A DNA stretch of 58,853 bases, from IMG/VR virus record IMGVR_UViG_3300023184_006354, positions 1 to 58,853 of that record; one strand, given 5' to 3'. Source of the DNA: a virus. Taxonomy: Duplodnaviria > Caudoviricetes. A program made the translations under genes and the position numbers. The notes beneath the pieces were generated by a model. The model was not told the DNA's origin. It did not search any database and saw only the letters and a list, made by a program, of their open reading frames with translations. Positions 40,327 through 49,322 of this stretch are shown here, one piece after another (within the stretch, counting starts at the first letter, position 1; every line of letters starts with the position of its first letter).

Positions 40327-41412
40327 TTATTCCATTAATTTTAATATTTGTGACATTGTGTTTTCTATCGTATATTGTTCTTGTAATTTTAGTCCATTGG
40401 TATTAACTCTACTAGACTCAAATCTTTTAATTGCTTTTTCGCATCCATCAATAAAATCATCATCTTTGAATGTATAGATATTCCCTTGATTTGTGGCTGC
40501 TCCTTTATGAAAGAACATATTATCATATGCTTCTATTTTAGCAGAAGGATTAACTAGGCATGAATTTTCTTCATTTGCCCAATCTTTATATACATGAGCA
40601 TTTAGAATTACTGCGTGTTTACCTAAAGCTAATGAATGAAACTCTGGTAATCCCCAACCTTCTCCGCCACTCATACCGATAATAATATCACCACTATTTA
40701 GATAATCATTATAAGTTTCATTACTTTGCATAAAGCCTAAGAAAGATATATTGAAATATCTTTTTCCATCCATCATTGAGTTTATTAAATTTTGTTGATC
40801 TTCTGGTTTTAAAAATGGATTAAAAATAGAGCATTGAAGAAAATATTTTGGATTGTTACCATATTTTTTAAGCCAAGATTGTATCACAATTTTATGATTC
40901 TTTCTTTTCTCTAATTTACCTACTAAATTAAATGTTATTCTTTCGTCTTGAAAGAATTGCTTTTGCTTTACATTAAAATTATTTTTATCAAAAAATAATG
41001 GAACATATTCTATGTTTGAGCATCCACTATTTTTGAAAATTTCACATGTATATTTAGATGTAAATATAGTCTTATGGTTATTTTTAACAATATTTACTTC
41101 TTCTTTAGTTGGAGAATCCAACTCATAAAATGAAAGAAGAATTTGTTTTTCAGAAAAACTTTCTAAACTACCCATTAAGTGCCAGAGTTTAAATATTTTT
41201 TCTTTTCTAGAGAAAGAAGATAATGACCCATCTATAGATTTTTTAATCCATAAATTAAGATCATTATCAACTTTCTGACTAGAAAGATCAATGTTATTTC
41301 CTATTGGAAATATTTTAGCATTAAAATTCCTTTCATATAAGTTTTTAAGCAAAGCAAATGAAGTTTGCCCAAAACTTAAATTATTTAAAGGAATATTAAG
41401 AGCTATATCCAT
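40327..41412 (-). CDS. GT4-like glycosyltransferase
   Basis: LSFGQ, GKLEKRKN, SGGEGWGLP. Confidence 0.82.
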   Translation of the reverse strand: MDIALNIPLNNLSFGQTSFALLKNLYERNFNAKIFPIGNNIDLSSQKVDNDLNLWIKKSIDGSLSSFSRKEKIFKLWHLMGSLESFSEKQILLSFYELDSPTKEEVNIVKNNHKTIFTSKYTCEIFKNSGCSNIEYVPLFFDKNNFNVKQKQFFQDERITFNLVGKLEKRKNHKIVIQSWLKKYGNNPKYFLQCSIFNPFLKPEDQQNLINSMMDGKRYFNISFLGFMQSNETYNDYLNSGDIIIGMSGGEGWGLPEFHSLALGKHAVILNAHVYKDWANEENSCLVNPSAKIEAYDNMFFHKGAATNQGNIYTFKDDDFIDGCEKAIKRFESSRVNTNGLKLQEQYTIENTMSQILKLME

Positions 41413-41413
41413 T

Positions 41414-41737
41414 TTACAATAGATCTTCTTCTACTTCTTGTACTTGCTTTACTTGAGGTTTTTGTACTTTAGCTTTAACTGGTTGTGGATTTTCTGTAGT
41501 TTTTGCTGCAGATGAAGATCCATTAGTATCCTTAGAAAGATAAACTCTAAAGTCTGGAGCTTTTGCATTTTCACCTTTGTACTTATTGGTGAATACTACG
41601 ATCTCTACTTGTTCTCCGAGTTCATCTTTGAAATATCCAGAAAGATATTTACCACTCTTACCTTCTCTTTTCCATAGAGCTCCAATATCTCTTTTAGACC
41701 ATTCATTGCTTTTGTTGTTTGTTTGATTTGTATTCAT
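41414..41737 (-). CDS. DUF736-like small OB/ssDNA-binding protein
   Basis: IGALWKR.GKSGKYLSG, KAPDFRVY; acidic tail; promoter TTGACT-17-TATAAT-8-ATG. Confidence 0.55.
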   Translation of the reverse strand: MNTNQTNNKSNEWSKRDIGALWKREGKSGKYLSGYFKDELGEQVEIVVFTNKYKGENAKAPDFRVYLSKDTNGSSSAAKTTENPQPVKAKVQKPQVKQVQEVEEDLL

Positions 41738-41778
41738 ATTTTATGATTATAATGGCTTTATTATAAAAAGTCAAGAAA

Positions 41779-42363
41779 TTATATTTGATCGTTAAAATTA
41801 TTTTTGAAAGATTTTACTTTTAAAAAATCAATATGTTTATTATATATATTAATAACAGTCTGGGTGCTTATATTCAATTTTTTTCCAATAGCATTCCAAG
41901 AACGATTTTTCTTTTTAGGAGAATAAAAGCGCATTTTGAATATTTTATATGCTCTTTTATCTTTTAAAGATTTTAAAATATTAAGGAAATAATCGCAATT
42001 TTCCTTTTTCATATCTTCTTTCTGATCTTGAGAATTCTCTATCATATTCTGGAGGTATTCATTATCTGTGGGCAAGAATTTAGCATTTTTATTCAAAAAA
42101 TTCAAACAATGATATCTAGCTTGATTACCTAACCAAGTAGAAAATTTTACATTTTTATCTTCATTAAAAGACAGAGCGGATTGATATACAATAACATCTT
42201 TATCTTCGTAAAGATCTTTTGGATCATGTCCTTTTTGAGATATGAAAGATTGATATCTTTTTACAATCTCGCAAAAAATACCACTATGGCGATGTATTAA
42301 ACATTTTAATGATTCGTTATCTTTGTTATTTTTTATATTTTTAATTAAGTCTAAGTCTGTCAT
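41779..42363 (-). CDS. Phage-encoded sigma70-family RNA polymerase sigma factor
   Basis: Region 2 (LI.RH.GI..., FNEDKNVKFSTW) and region 4 HTH (IFKMRFY...SWNAIGKKLNISTQTV). Confidence 0.8.
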   Translation of the reverse strand: MTDLDLIKNIKNNKDNESLKCLIHRHSGIFCEIVKRYQSFISQKGHDPKDLYEDKDVIVYQSALSFNEDKNVKFSTWLGNQARYHCLNFLNKNAKFLPTDNEYLQNMIENSQDQKEDMKKENCDYFLNILKSLKDKRAYKIFKMRFYSPKKKNRSWNAIGKKLNISTQTVINIYNKHIDFLKVKSFKNNFNDQI

Positions 42364-42925
42364 ATATATTCCTTAAGTTTTTCTGCATTAGTTCGTACAA
42401 GAAGTTTGTATCTTGACAAGTTTCCCAGCATATAGAAAAATCAGCAACAGCTTTTAATTTATTATCATTTGCTTTTTCTTCAATATTAGCTGGAGGAATA
42501 ATAGATCCATCATCTAGTTTTCTAGATAAATGAATTAATATACCATTACGAGATTTCAACCAAGAATATTCATCATCCCTATATTCTATATATCTTACAT
42601 CAGTAACAATAGGAATGATATTGTCTTTCAATAAATTTTCTACTTTTATATCTAATTTAGAAGTCCAATACTTTCCCTCGGTCTGACTTCGTCTACATTT
42701 TCCATAAGCTACCATTAATGGTCTTACCAGTTCTTTATCTGTGCCATCACATTTAAATAAATCTATATTAAATTTATCTTTAGTAAAACTATTTAATTCA
42801 TTTTTTAAATCATCTGCAAAAGCCAACCTTTGAGATTTTAATTGTTTTTCTTCTAGAAATTTTTTAAGAATAGAGTAAAAAGTGTCTTTGCCACATCTAG
42901 CTACTCCAGTTATACCTATAATCAT
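42341..42925 (-). CDS. Deoxynucleoside monophosphate kinase
   Basis: IIGITGVARCGKDT, AFADDLK, RPLMVAYG, TDVRY. Start at 42925 from TTGACA-17-TATAAT-7-ATG. Confidence 0.85.
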   Translation of the reverse strand: MIIGITGVARCGKDTFYSILKKFLEEKQLKSQRLAFADDLKNELNSFTKDKFNIDLFKCDGTDKELVRPLMVAYGKCRRSQTEGKYWTSKLDIKVENLLKDNIIPIVTDVRYIEYRDDEYSWLKSRNGILIHLSRKLDDGSIIPPANIEEKANDNKLKAVADFSICWETCQDTNFLYELMQKNLRNIYDRLRLN

Positions 42926-43045
42926 AACAATCATTATAATAAGAATAAAATATCTTGTCAAGTCATTAATTTTATGGTAATATAACTGCATGGAATTAAA
43001 ATTTATTTTGATTATTCTATTTTCAGTTTATTTGTTTTATAAATT

Positions 43046-43456
43046 ATGAGAAGAATATCATTTGAAGAGTTAGCAATTAATATTGCTACAGAATGTGCCA
43101 AAAGATCAGAAGATCTTCATAAAAAGGTAGGATGCTGTATTTTGAATAAAGAAGGCAGGGTGTTATCGACTGGATACAATGGACTTTTACCAAAAGTAAA
43201 TATGGACGAAAGCTTTTGGCTAGATCGAAATTTAAGAAGAAAATACGTCATACATGCTGAGATAAATGCTTTATCAAGAATAAAAAGAGAAGAACAACCT
43301 TACATTTTAGCTACAACTTTATTACCCTGTTCTGCTTGCGCTTCAAATATAGCCTCATATGGAATTAAAAAAGTGATTTATAAAGAAGACTATCATATGG
43401 ATAAAGGATCTTTTGACATTTTTAATTTCTATAAAATTGAACTTATTAAACTTTAA
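43046..43456 (+). CDS. dCMP deaminase
   Basis: KVGC, TGYNG, HAEINA, PCSAC. Confidence 0.92.
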   Translation: MRRISFEELAINIATECAKRSEDLHKKVGCCILNKEGRVLSTGYNGLLPKVNMDESFWLDRNLRRKYVIHAEINALSRIKREEQPYILATTLLPCSACASNIASYGIKKVIYKEDYHMDKGSFDIFNFYKIELIKL

Positions 43457-43848
43457 TGAAAGACATAATCATACCATTACATAAGACAAGCAGAAATGCT
43501 ATTGAACCAGATAAAATATCAAATAATATTTTTAAATTTTATTCTGATTTTGATTATGAAGTTTTACCAGAAAGAAATAATATAATAAAATCTGGCTTCT
43601 ATTTAAAAGGTATTGATTTTTTAGTTTCTCCAACAAATATATATTCCAAATATAACTCAATAGCTTCTAGTTTTGCATCAAATGACTCACATTTAGATAT
43701 CAATATATACTGTTATACCTTAAAAGATAAGAATAATTTTCATTTTGCTGAAATGGGCAAAATTCTTCAAAAAAAGTCTTGCATTTTTTATTTAAGTCTA
43801 GTAGTATCAAATTATGAAGAAAATTATATATTTGATATTATTAACTAG
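43456..43848 (+). CDS. Hypothetical protein, possibly degenerate trimeric dUTPase fold
   Basis: N-terminus (K.S.NA..P...YS..DY.V.P....IKSG) echoes dUTPase, but the catalytic motifs are absent. Confidence 0.4.
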   Translation: MKDIIIPLHKTSRNAIEPDKISNNIFKFYSDFDYEVLPERNNIIKSGFYLKGIDFLVSPTNIYSKYNSIASSFASNDSHLDINIYCYTLKDKNNFHFAEMGKILQKKSCIFYLSLVVSNYEENYIFDIIN

Positions 43849-44110
43849 CATCTCCACCCTAAGCTTAAAAGCTCAAACGTCTCAAGGTACTTATATTTAT
43901 AGAAATTATAAAGATTCTATAGTAAGAGTTCCATACCCATCTTATGTGGTTCAAGGTAGTTATATCTATAGAACATATCCAAAGTCAATCGTAAGAGTTC
44001 CATATCCAGAATTTACAATTAAAGGTGATGACATTTATAGAACATACCCAAAGTCTATTGTTCGTACTCCATATCCAATAGGTAAAATCGGTAATGGAAT
44101 ACCTGAATAA
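43814..44110 (+). CDS. Secreted protein with three 23-aa repeats
   Basis: Signal peptide, then YIYR.Y..SIVR.PYP three times. Confidence 0.7.
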   Translation: MKKIIYLILLTSISTLSLKAQTSQGTYIYRNYKDSIVRVPYPSYVVQGSYIYRTYPKSIVRVPYPEFTIKGDDIYRTYPKSIVRTPYPIGKIGNGIPE

Positions 44111-44438
44111 TATACTATTATCAGTTTTTTTAAATACTACTATACTGGTAGTATGGTTTTTAACTAACGCTTATTACGAATATGTATCTAAAGTAATACC
44201 ATGCCTATTCACTTCATATAAATCTTACATAAAAGATAATAATTTCTTATATTACGCAGATTTTCTAGAGAAAAGAAATACTTTCGTATCCAAACTGTTT
44301 TCTTGTCCATTTTGTTTAGGTTTTTGGTCAGCTTTAACCTGCGCTATGATTTATAATGTTTTATTTTATATTTGTGTAATATATATTGTATCATTGATTT
44401 TATTCTTTGGTATAAAATATATATGTTGCAACAATTAA
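44094..44438 (+). CDS. DUF1360-like membrane protein
   Basis: LFSCPFCLGFW motif with TM helices. Confidence 0.6.
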   Translation: MEYLNNILLSVFLNTTILVVWFLTNAYYEYVSKVIPCLFTSYKSYIKDNNFLYYADFLEKRNTFVSKLFSCPFCLGFWSALTCAMIYNVLFYICVIYIVSLILFFGIKYICCNN

Positions 44439-44695
44439 TATTAAAAACAAGTTCCGACTATACAGCTTTCTTTAATAAGTTATCAACTTTAAAACCAGAA
44501 GATCAAGCCGTTAAACAAATCTTAAATTCTTTATTTAATCTAGAGAATGGATGTTCTTGCAAAAGAAAAGGCAGATACAAAAACTGCGGTAATCAAATAC
44601 AATTTTATTTGTCTAATCTAGAAACTACATACATAGATCAATTAAAAAATCTATATCAAACAGAAAATTTTATATTTGAATTTTTAATATCTTGA
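44423..44695 (+). CDS. Hypothetical protein (GCSC motif)
   Basis: ORF fills the gap before the guaC-like gene; ATG at 44423. Confidence 0.55.
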   Translation: MLQQLILKTSSDYTAFFNKLSTLKPEDQAVKQILNSLFNLENGCSCKRKGRYKNCGNQIQFYLSNLETTYIDQLKNLYQTENFIFEFLIS

Positions 44696-44729
44696 CTTAT
44701 TTTAAATCATAGACTATAATAATAGTCAT

Positions 44730-45836
44730 ATGAAACAAGAGTTTAAAGAAGCACTCAGCTACGACGATATTTCACTTTTACCAAATTTTTCAGACATTTC
44801 ATCCAGAAAAGAAGTTGACACAACTACAAAAATAAGCAGAAACAAATACATTGATATACCTATTGTTCTTTCTCCAATGGATACAGTTTCTTCTGTAAAA
44901 TCTTGCGTTAAGATAAATAAAATAGGTGGAGCTGGAGTTTTACATCGTTTTATGTCCATAGAAGAGCAAATGAAAAAAGCCAAAGTAATTAGAGATGAGA
45001 GTAATTTTTGTATTACAGCTATTGGTCTAAAGGACGCAGTAGAAAGAATTAGAGATACTTCATTATATACTGATATTTATTTTGTAGATACAGCAAATGG
45101 ATTAGCTAAAAATGTAGAAGATTTTTTAAGATGGTATAAAACATCTGGATACAAGCAGGATATTATTGTTGGCAACACTTTGACAAAAGAAAGCGTTTAT
45201 AGACTTGCTAATTTAAAAGCGGATGGTTTTAGACATTTAATTGGTCCAGGTTCTATGTGTTTAACTCAAGTTAAAACTGGGATTGGTTGTCCAAGTTTGA
45301 CTGGAAATTTTTATGCTTGGCAAGCCGTAAGAAATTGGGAGTTATCACAAGTAGATTTATTTAAACAAGACGAACCTAATCCAGAGCATAGACCAAGCAT
45401 ACTTGCTGATGGTGGTATTCGTTATCCAAAGGATTTAGTTAAAGCTATAGCAAGTGGTTGTGATGCTGTAATTTGCGGAAGAATTTTTGCTGGATTACTA
45501 GATACGACTGATGATGAAAATATTATTGAAAAAGACGGAAAAATATATGCAAAATATAGAGGAATGGCCAGTCAAGACGTAGTGGAAGATTATGAGTTAT
45601 ACGATGGAACAAAAAAGAATCTTTTCGTAGAAGGAGATAATACTTTGATCCCAATTATAGAGAATAAAACTATAGAAGATATTGTATATGATTTTACAAA
45701 TGGTCTTAGAAGTGCAATGAGTTATCTTGGTTTTAGGTCTATAGATGAAATGCGAGGTGGATTATGGACGAATAAGATACGAGCAGTAAGAAATAGTCCA
45801 AATAGCATGTACGAAGGATTTGCTCATGGAAAATGA
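44730..45836 (+). CDS. IMPDH/GMP reductase family protein (no CBS domains)
   Basis: LSYDDISLLP, SPMDTV, GVLHRF, IGPGSMCLT, ADGGI...D..KA, YRGMAS, VEG, GLRSAMSY. Confidence 0.9.
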   Translation: MKQEFKEALSYDDISLLPNFSDISSRKEVDTTTKISRNKYIDIPIVLSPMDTVSSVKSCVKINKIGGAGVLHRFMSIEEQMKKAKVIRDESNFCITAIGLKDAVERIRDTSLYTDIYFVDTANGLAKNVEDFLRWYKTSGYKQDIIVGNTLTKESVYRLANLKADGFRHLIGPGSMCLTQVKTGIGCPSLTGNFYAWQAVRNWELSQVDLFKQDEPNPEHRPSILADGGIRYPKDLVKAIASGCDAVICGRIFAGLLDTTDDENIIEKDGKIYAKYRGMASQDVVEDYELYDGTKKNLFVEGDNTLIPIIENKTIEDIVYDFTNGLRSAMSYLGFRSIDEMRGGLWTNKIRAVRNSPNSMYEGFAHGK

Positions 45837-46572
45837 ATGGCAACAACAAGCGAAGGCGCATGCAATAAAAAACAAAACTGAAGAAGTTTGTGGTTTAATA
45901 GTTTCGAAAAATAACAATTTGTTATATATTGGAGCAAGAAATATATCTGAAAATAAAAATACTAATTTTGCTGTAGATCCTAATAGTTATATGTATGCGG
46001 CTAGTATTGGTAAAATTATAGCTTGCTTTCATTCTCATGTTAAAAATACTTCATTTTCTTGGAGTGATATAAATAATAGTTTTAAATTGAATTTACCATA
46101 TTATCTATATAATCTTAAACAAGATAAGATTAATTATTTTTCTCCTACAGAGCATAAAGAATATAAAAAATACTTATATTTAAAATTTATTTATGGTAAA
46201 GATGATTGTTTCTCTTTAATAAAAAATTTTTACAAAAATGAATTAAATATTGAAATTTCAGATCCAGAACAAGATAGAGCTACTAAATATACCCCACCAG
46301 ATAATTGTCTGATTTGGAATAGACAAAAATATAAACAATGGGGAGATGAAAACAGTCTTATAGATATAGACGTAGACAATATTTCTCAACTTAAAAAATA
46401 TGATATATTAGTTTTTAATGGTTTTAATAAAGGTGAGCCAAGTCACGGCATGTTATATATTGGAAATGAATTAGTTTTGCATCATCCATTCAATGATATA
46501 TCTAAAATAGAATCAATTAGAAAAGCTCATTTTAAATTTTTAAAATTTGTAATTAGACATGAAAAATTTTAA
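45826..46572 (+). CDS. Tail-tip gpK-like protein (JAB/MPN + NlpC/P60), copy 1
   Basis: EEVCGLI, FHSH...S..D, then DCFSLI..FY and HGMLY...LHH. Confidence 0.82.
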   Translation: MENEWQQQAKAHAIKNKTEEVCGLIVSKNNNLLYIGARNISENKNTNFAVDPNSYMYAASIGKIIACFHSHVKNTSFSWSDINNSFKLNLPYYLYNLKQDKINYFSPTEHKEYKKYLYLKFIYGKDDCFSLIKNFYKNELNIEISDPEQDRATKYTPPDNCLIWNRQKYKQWGDENSLIDIDVDNISQLKKYDILVFNGFNKGEPSHGMLYIGNELVLHHPFNDISKIESIRKAHFKFLKFVIRHEKF

Positions 46573-47314
46573 TACAATAGATCAAATTACTTTAAACAAA
46601 ATAAAAGAATATTGTTTAATAAATAAAAATCAAGAATCTTGCGGGTTTATATATGAAAATAACAATATTTTAAATATTTATAAATGTAAAAATATAGCTT
46701 CTGATCCAAAAAAATACTTCCTAATAAATGATGAAGATTATGAAAAATGCTCTTTTAAAGGTAATATAATATATTGTTTTCACTCACATATAAATGACAA
46801 AGGTTTTTCAGCAGAAGATATTTCAAACAGCCTATCTAATGAAATGTCATATTTAATGTATAATATAAAACAAGATGAATTTTATTTTTTTGATTACAAT
46901 AAATATTCTTATTATAAAAAATACATAGGACTACCTTACAACGATAGAATAAATGATTGTTGGTCTACTCTGTCAAGATTTTATTACGACCAATTAGGTT
47001 TAAAAATTCCAGATCCAGAACAATCTAGAACAAATTTTTCTTGGGACTATCAATTAAGAAAAGCTTGGGGTGAAAGCGTAGACTTATTAAGAGTAGACCC
47101 AACACCAAAAACTTTAACAGAATTAAAAACATATGATCTTTTGATTTGCAAAGATATAAAAGATAAAGAACCTGCTTATGGTTGTATTTATTTAGGTAAT
47201 GGGTTAATACTTCATCAAGCTCATCACAAACCATCTAAAATTGAATCTATAAGAAAAGGGCATATAAAACTACTAGCTTACGTTGGAAGATTTAATAAAA
47301 AGCTTGATATTTAA
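46559..47314 (+). CDS. Tail-tip gpK-like protein (JAB/MPN + NlpC/P60), copy 2
   Basis: ESCGFI, FHSH...FS.ED, DCWSTL; YGCIY in place of the catalytic His. Confidence 0.8.
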   Translation: MKNFNTIDQITLNKIKEYCLINKNQESCGFIYENNNILNIYKCKNIASDPKKYFLINDEDYEKCSFKGNIIYCFHSHINDKGFSAEDISNSLSNEMSYLMYNIKQDEFYFFDYNKYSYYKKYIGLPYNDRINDCWSTLSRFYYDQLGLKIPDPEQSRTNFSWDYQLRKAWGESVDLLRVDPTPKTLTELKTYDLLICKDIKDKEPAYGCIYLGNGLILHQAHHKPSKIESIRKGHIKLLAYVGRFNKKLDI

Positions 47315-47340
47315 TTATACATAGTATATAATCTTTAAAG

Positions 47341-47550
47341 ATGAAACAAAAAAATACACAAAAACTAAATGTTCTTAAAAGAATGCTAGGAAAAAGAGTA
47401 GCAGTTATAACAAATTATAATACTCTTGATCATTTTTATGGGGAAGTATTAGAAGTAATTGATGAAACTAATGTTGTAGTAAAAAGTGATAGAAATGAAG
47501 ATTCTAAAGTTTCAATTTTTGATATTAGAAATCCAGCGCAAGAGTTATAA
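47341..47550 (+). CDS. Small protein, possible Sm/LSm-like fold
   Basis: LKRMLGKRVAV......FYGEV..V.DETNVVV resembles the Sm1 motif; promoter TTGATA-17-TATAAT-8-ATG. Confidence 0.45.
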   Translation: MKQKNTQKLNVLKRMLGKRVAVITNYNTLDHFYGEVLEVIDETNVVVKSDRNEDSKVSIFDIRNPAQEL

Positions 47551-47795
47551 TGGAGCAAGATAATCAACAAGAATCGGCTGAAGTTGGACTATATGTTCAA
47601 CCTTATTTTAGAGGACCAATTCGAAGATTAGCTCCAAAAATGCAAAGAAATGATCTTTGCCAAATCAATAATAAAAAATTTAAAAAATGTTGTGGTGCAG
47701 ATGGAAGCAATTTTTGTAAAAAACTTCTTGGCGATTATTTGAATGAACTTCAAAAAGCTCAAGAACAATTAACAAAAAATGATCAAAGCAGTTGA
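47550..47795 (+). CDS. SEC-C motif protein
   Basis: KMQRNDLC.....KFKKCC. Confidence 0.65.
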   Translation: MEQDNQQESAEVGLYVQPYFRGPIRRLAPKMQRNDLCQINNKKFKKCCGADGSNFCKKLLGDYLNELQKAQEQLTKNDQSS

Positions 47796-48771
47796 TATTA
47801 TCTTTGGATTAGCTTGGGGCGATGAAGGCAAAGGCAAGATAAGCAATGCAATATCTAAAAATTATGATATTGTTTGTCGCTGGAATGGTGGTCCCAATGC
47901 AGGTCACACAGTTTATCTTAATGATAAAAAATATAAAACTCATCTCATTCCTTGTGGCGTTTTTCAAAATAAACTTAGTGTCATCGGCCCAAATTGCGTT
48001 ATCAATATTGATAAATTTTTTGATGAGATAGAATATCTAAAAAGAGAGGGATTTGACACATCCTTAATTAAAGTAAGTCCCAAAGCTCACATTATTACTG
48101 AAAAGCATATTCAGTACGATCTTAAATTCTTAAAACCTAAACTCGGAACTACTGGACAAGGAATTGCCCCAGCTTATGCTGATAAAGCCCTACGAACTGG
48201 TAAACTTGCTGGAAATTATTTAGATAAACAGTATCTTTGGGATGGAGAGCTTTATGGAGAAATTCTTTGCGAAGGCGCGCAAAGCTTTTGGTTAGATTTA
48301 AATTATGGAGATTATCCATATGTTACAAGTAGTGAGACTCTACCATACTCTGCTTGTTCTTTGGGCTTTAGTCCCAAAAAAATAAGAGAGATAATTGGAG
48401 TAGCAAAAATTTACGATACAAAAAGTGGAGTAGATCCATTATTTCCAGAATCATTGTGGCTCGATGAAGAATTAAATAAAATAATAGATTTAGGTAAAGA
48501 GTACGGGACAACAACTGGCAGAAAAAGACTTGTCAACTGGCTTAATTTTAATAAATTATTAAATGCGATAAGAATATCTGGAACAACTAAATTAATAATC
48601 AATAAATGCGATATCCTGCAAGAGTTAAATATATTTAAAATAAGACTAGATAATGAACTTGGACCTAATTTTATTAAGTTTAATGATTTTGATAATATGA
48701 AAGAGTATATATCTAGAGAATTAAAAGATTATTGCGATGTAGTATTTTCTGGTGACAAAAGTATAATTTAA
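47779..48771 (+). CDS. purA: Adenylosuccinate synthetase (short form)
   Basis: WGDEGKGK, GGPNAGHT, HLIP, GTTGQGI.PAY.DK, EGAQ, YPYVTSS, EYGTTTGRKR, NKCD. Confidence 0.95.
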   Translation: MIKAVDIIFGLAWGDEGKGKISNAISKNYDIVCRWNGGPNAGHTVYLNDKKYKTHLIPCGVFQNKLSVIGPNCVINIDKFFDEIEYLKREGFDTSLIKVSPKAHIITEKHIQYDLKFLKPKLGTTGQGIAPAYADKALRTGKLAGNYLDKQYLWDGELYGEILCEGAQSFWLDLNYGDYPYVTSSETLPYSACSLGFSPKKIREIIGVAKIYDTKSGVDPLFPESLWLDEELNKIIDLGKEYGTTTGRKRLVNWLNFNKLLNAIRISGTTKLIINKCDILQELNIFKIRLDNELGPNFIKFNDFDNMKEYISRELKDYCDVVFSGDKSII

Positions 48772-49322
48772 TTATTTTTAATTAAATTAATAAAATCGAC
48801 CATCTCTTCTTTAGTGAAATCATTTTTCATTACATTAACACAATAGCATACAAATTCAACATTACCCTTAAAATAGCCTATATTTGGGTCAATCCTATCA
48901 AGACTTAATTTAGTTGGGCTTTTTTTAATGTCTTCATCTTGAGAACTTCTTGGCATTTCCATGATTATGTTTGTGTAGGTACATAAACCATTTTGGTTTT
49001 CCCAGATTTCTTTTAAGTATTCTAGAGTTAAATCTGTTTCTTCGCCTCTTTCTTTGCTTCTTGATCTAGCTTTATTTAAGGAGTATTTAAAAGAACTATA
49101 TTCATCTAATCTATTAGCTTCATAACCTTTTAGTAAACTAATATTACCCTTGTTTTTTTCTAATTTACTTGGATTGTTTTTATGATCAGCTTTTCCAGAA
49201 CACTTTAAACTACAATAAAATTTTTTTTGGCCAGCTTTAATTTTTCTATTATAATCACTTTGCCTTATTTCATGCTCGTTGCCACATTCGGCACAAATTA
49301 TTTTTGTCTTTTTTATCTTCAT
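48768..49322 (-). CDS. HNH-like homing endonuclease with N-terminal zinc finger
   Basis: CAEC, YCS.KC, Q.G.C.YT, SLDRID...GY.KGNV.FVC..VN.MK. Start 49322 fits TAGACA-17-TATGAT-6-ATG. Confidence 0.8.
   Translation of the reverse strand: MKIKKTKIICAECGNEHEIRQSDYNRKIKAGQKKFYCSLKCSGKADHKNNPSKLEKNKGNISLLKGYEANRLDEYSSFKYSLNKARSRSKERGEETDLTLEYLKEIWENQNGLCTYTNIIMEMPRSSQDEDIKKSPTKLSLDRIDPNIGYFKGNVEFVCYCVNVMKNDFTKEEMVDFINLIKNN

Noticed and set aside
47779-48771. PurZ / 2-aminoadenine (Z-genome) pathway
   Set aside because: The protein has the canonical PurA GDEGKG (Asp), not the Ser of PurZ, and no DatZ or MazZ partner is visible.
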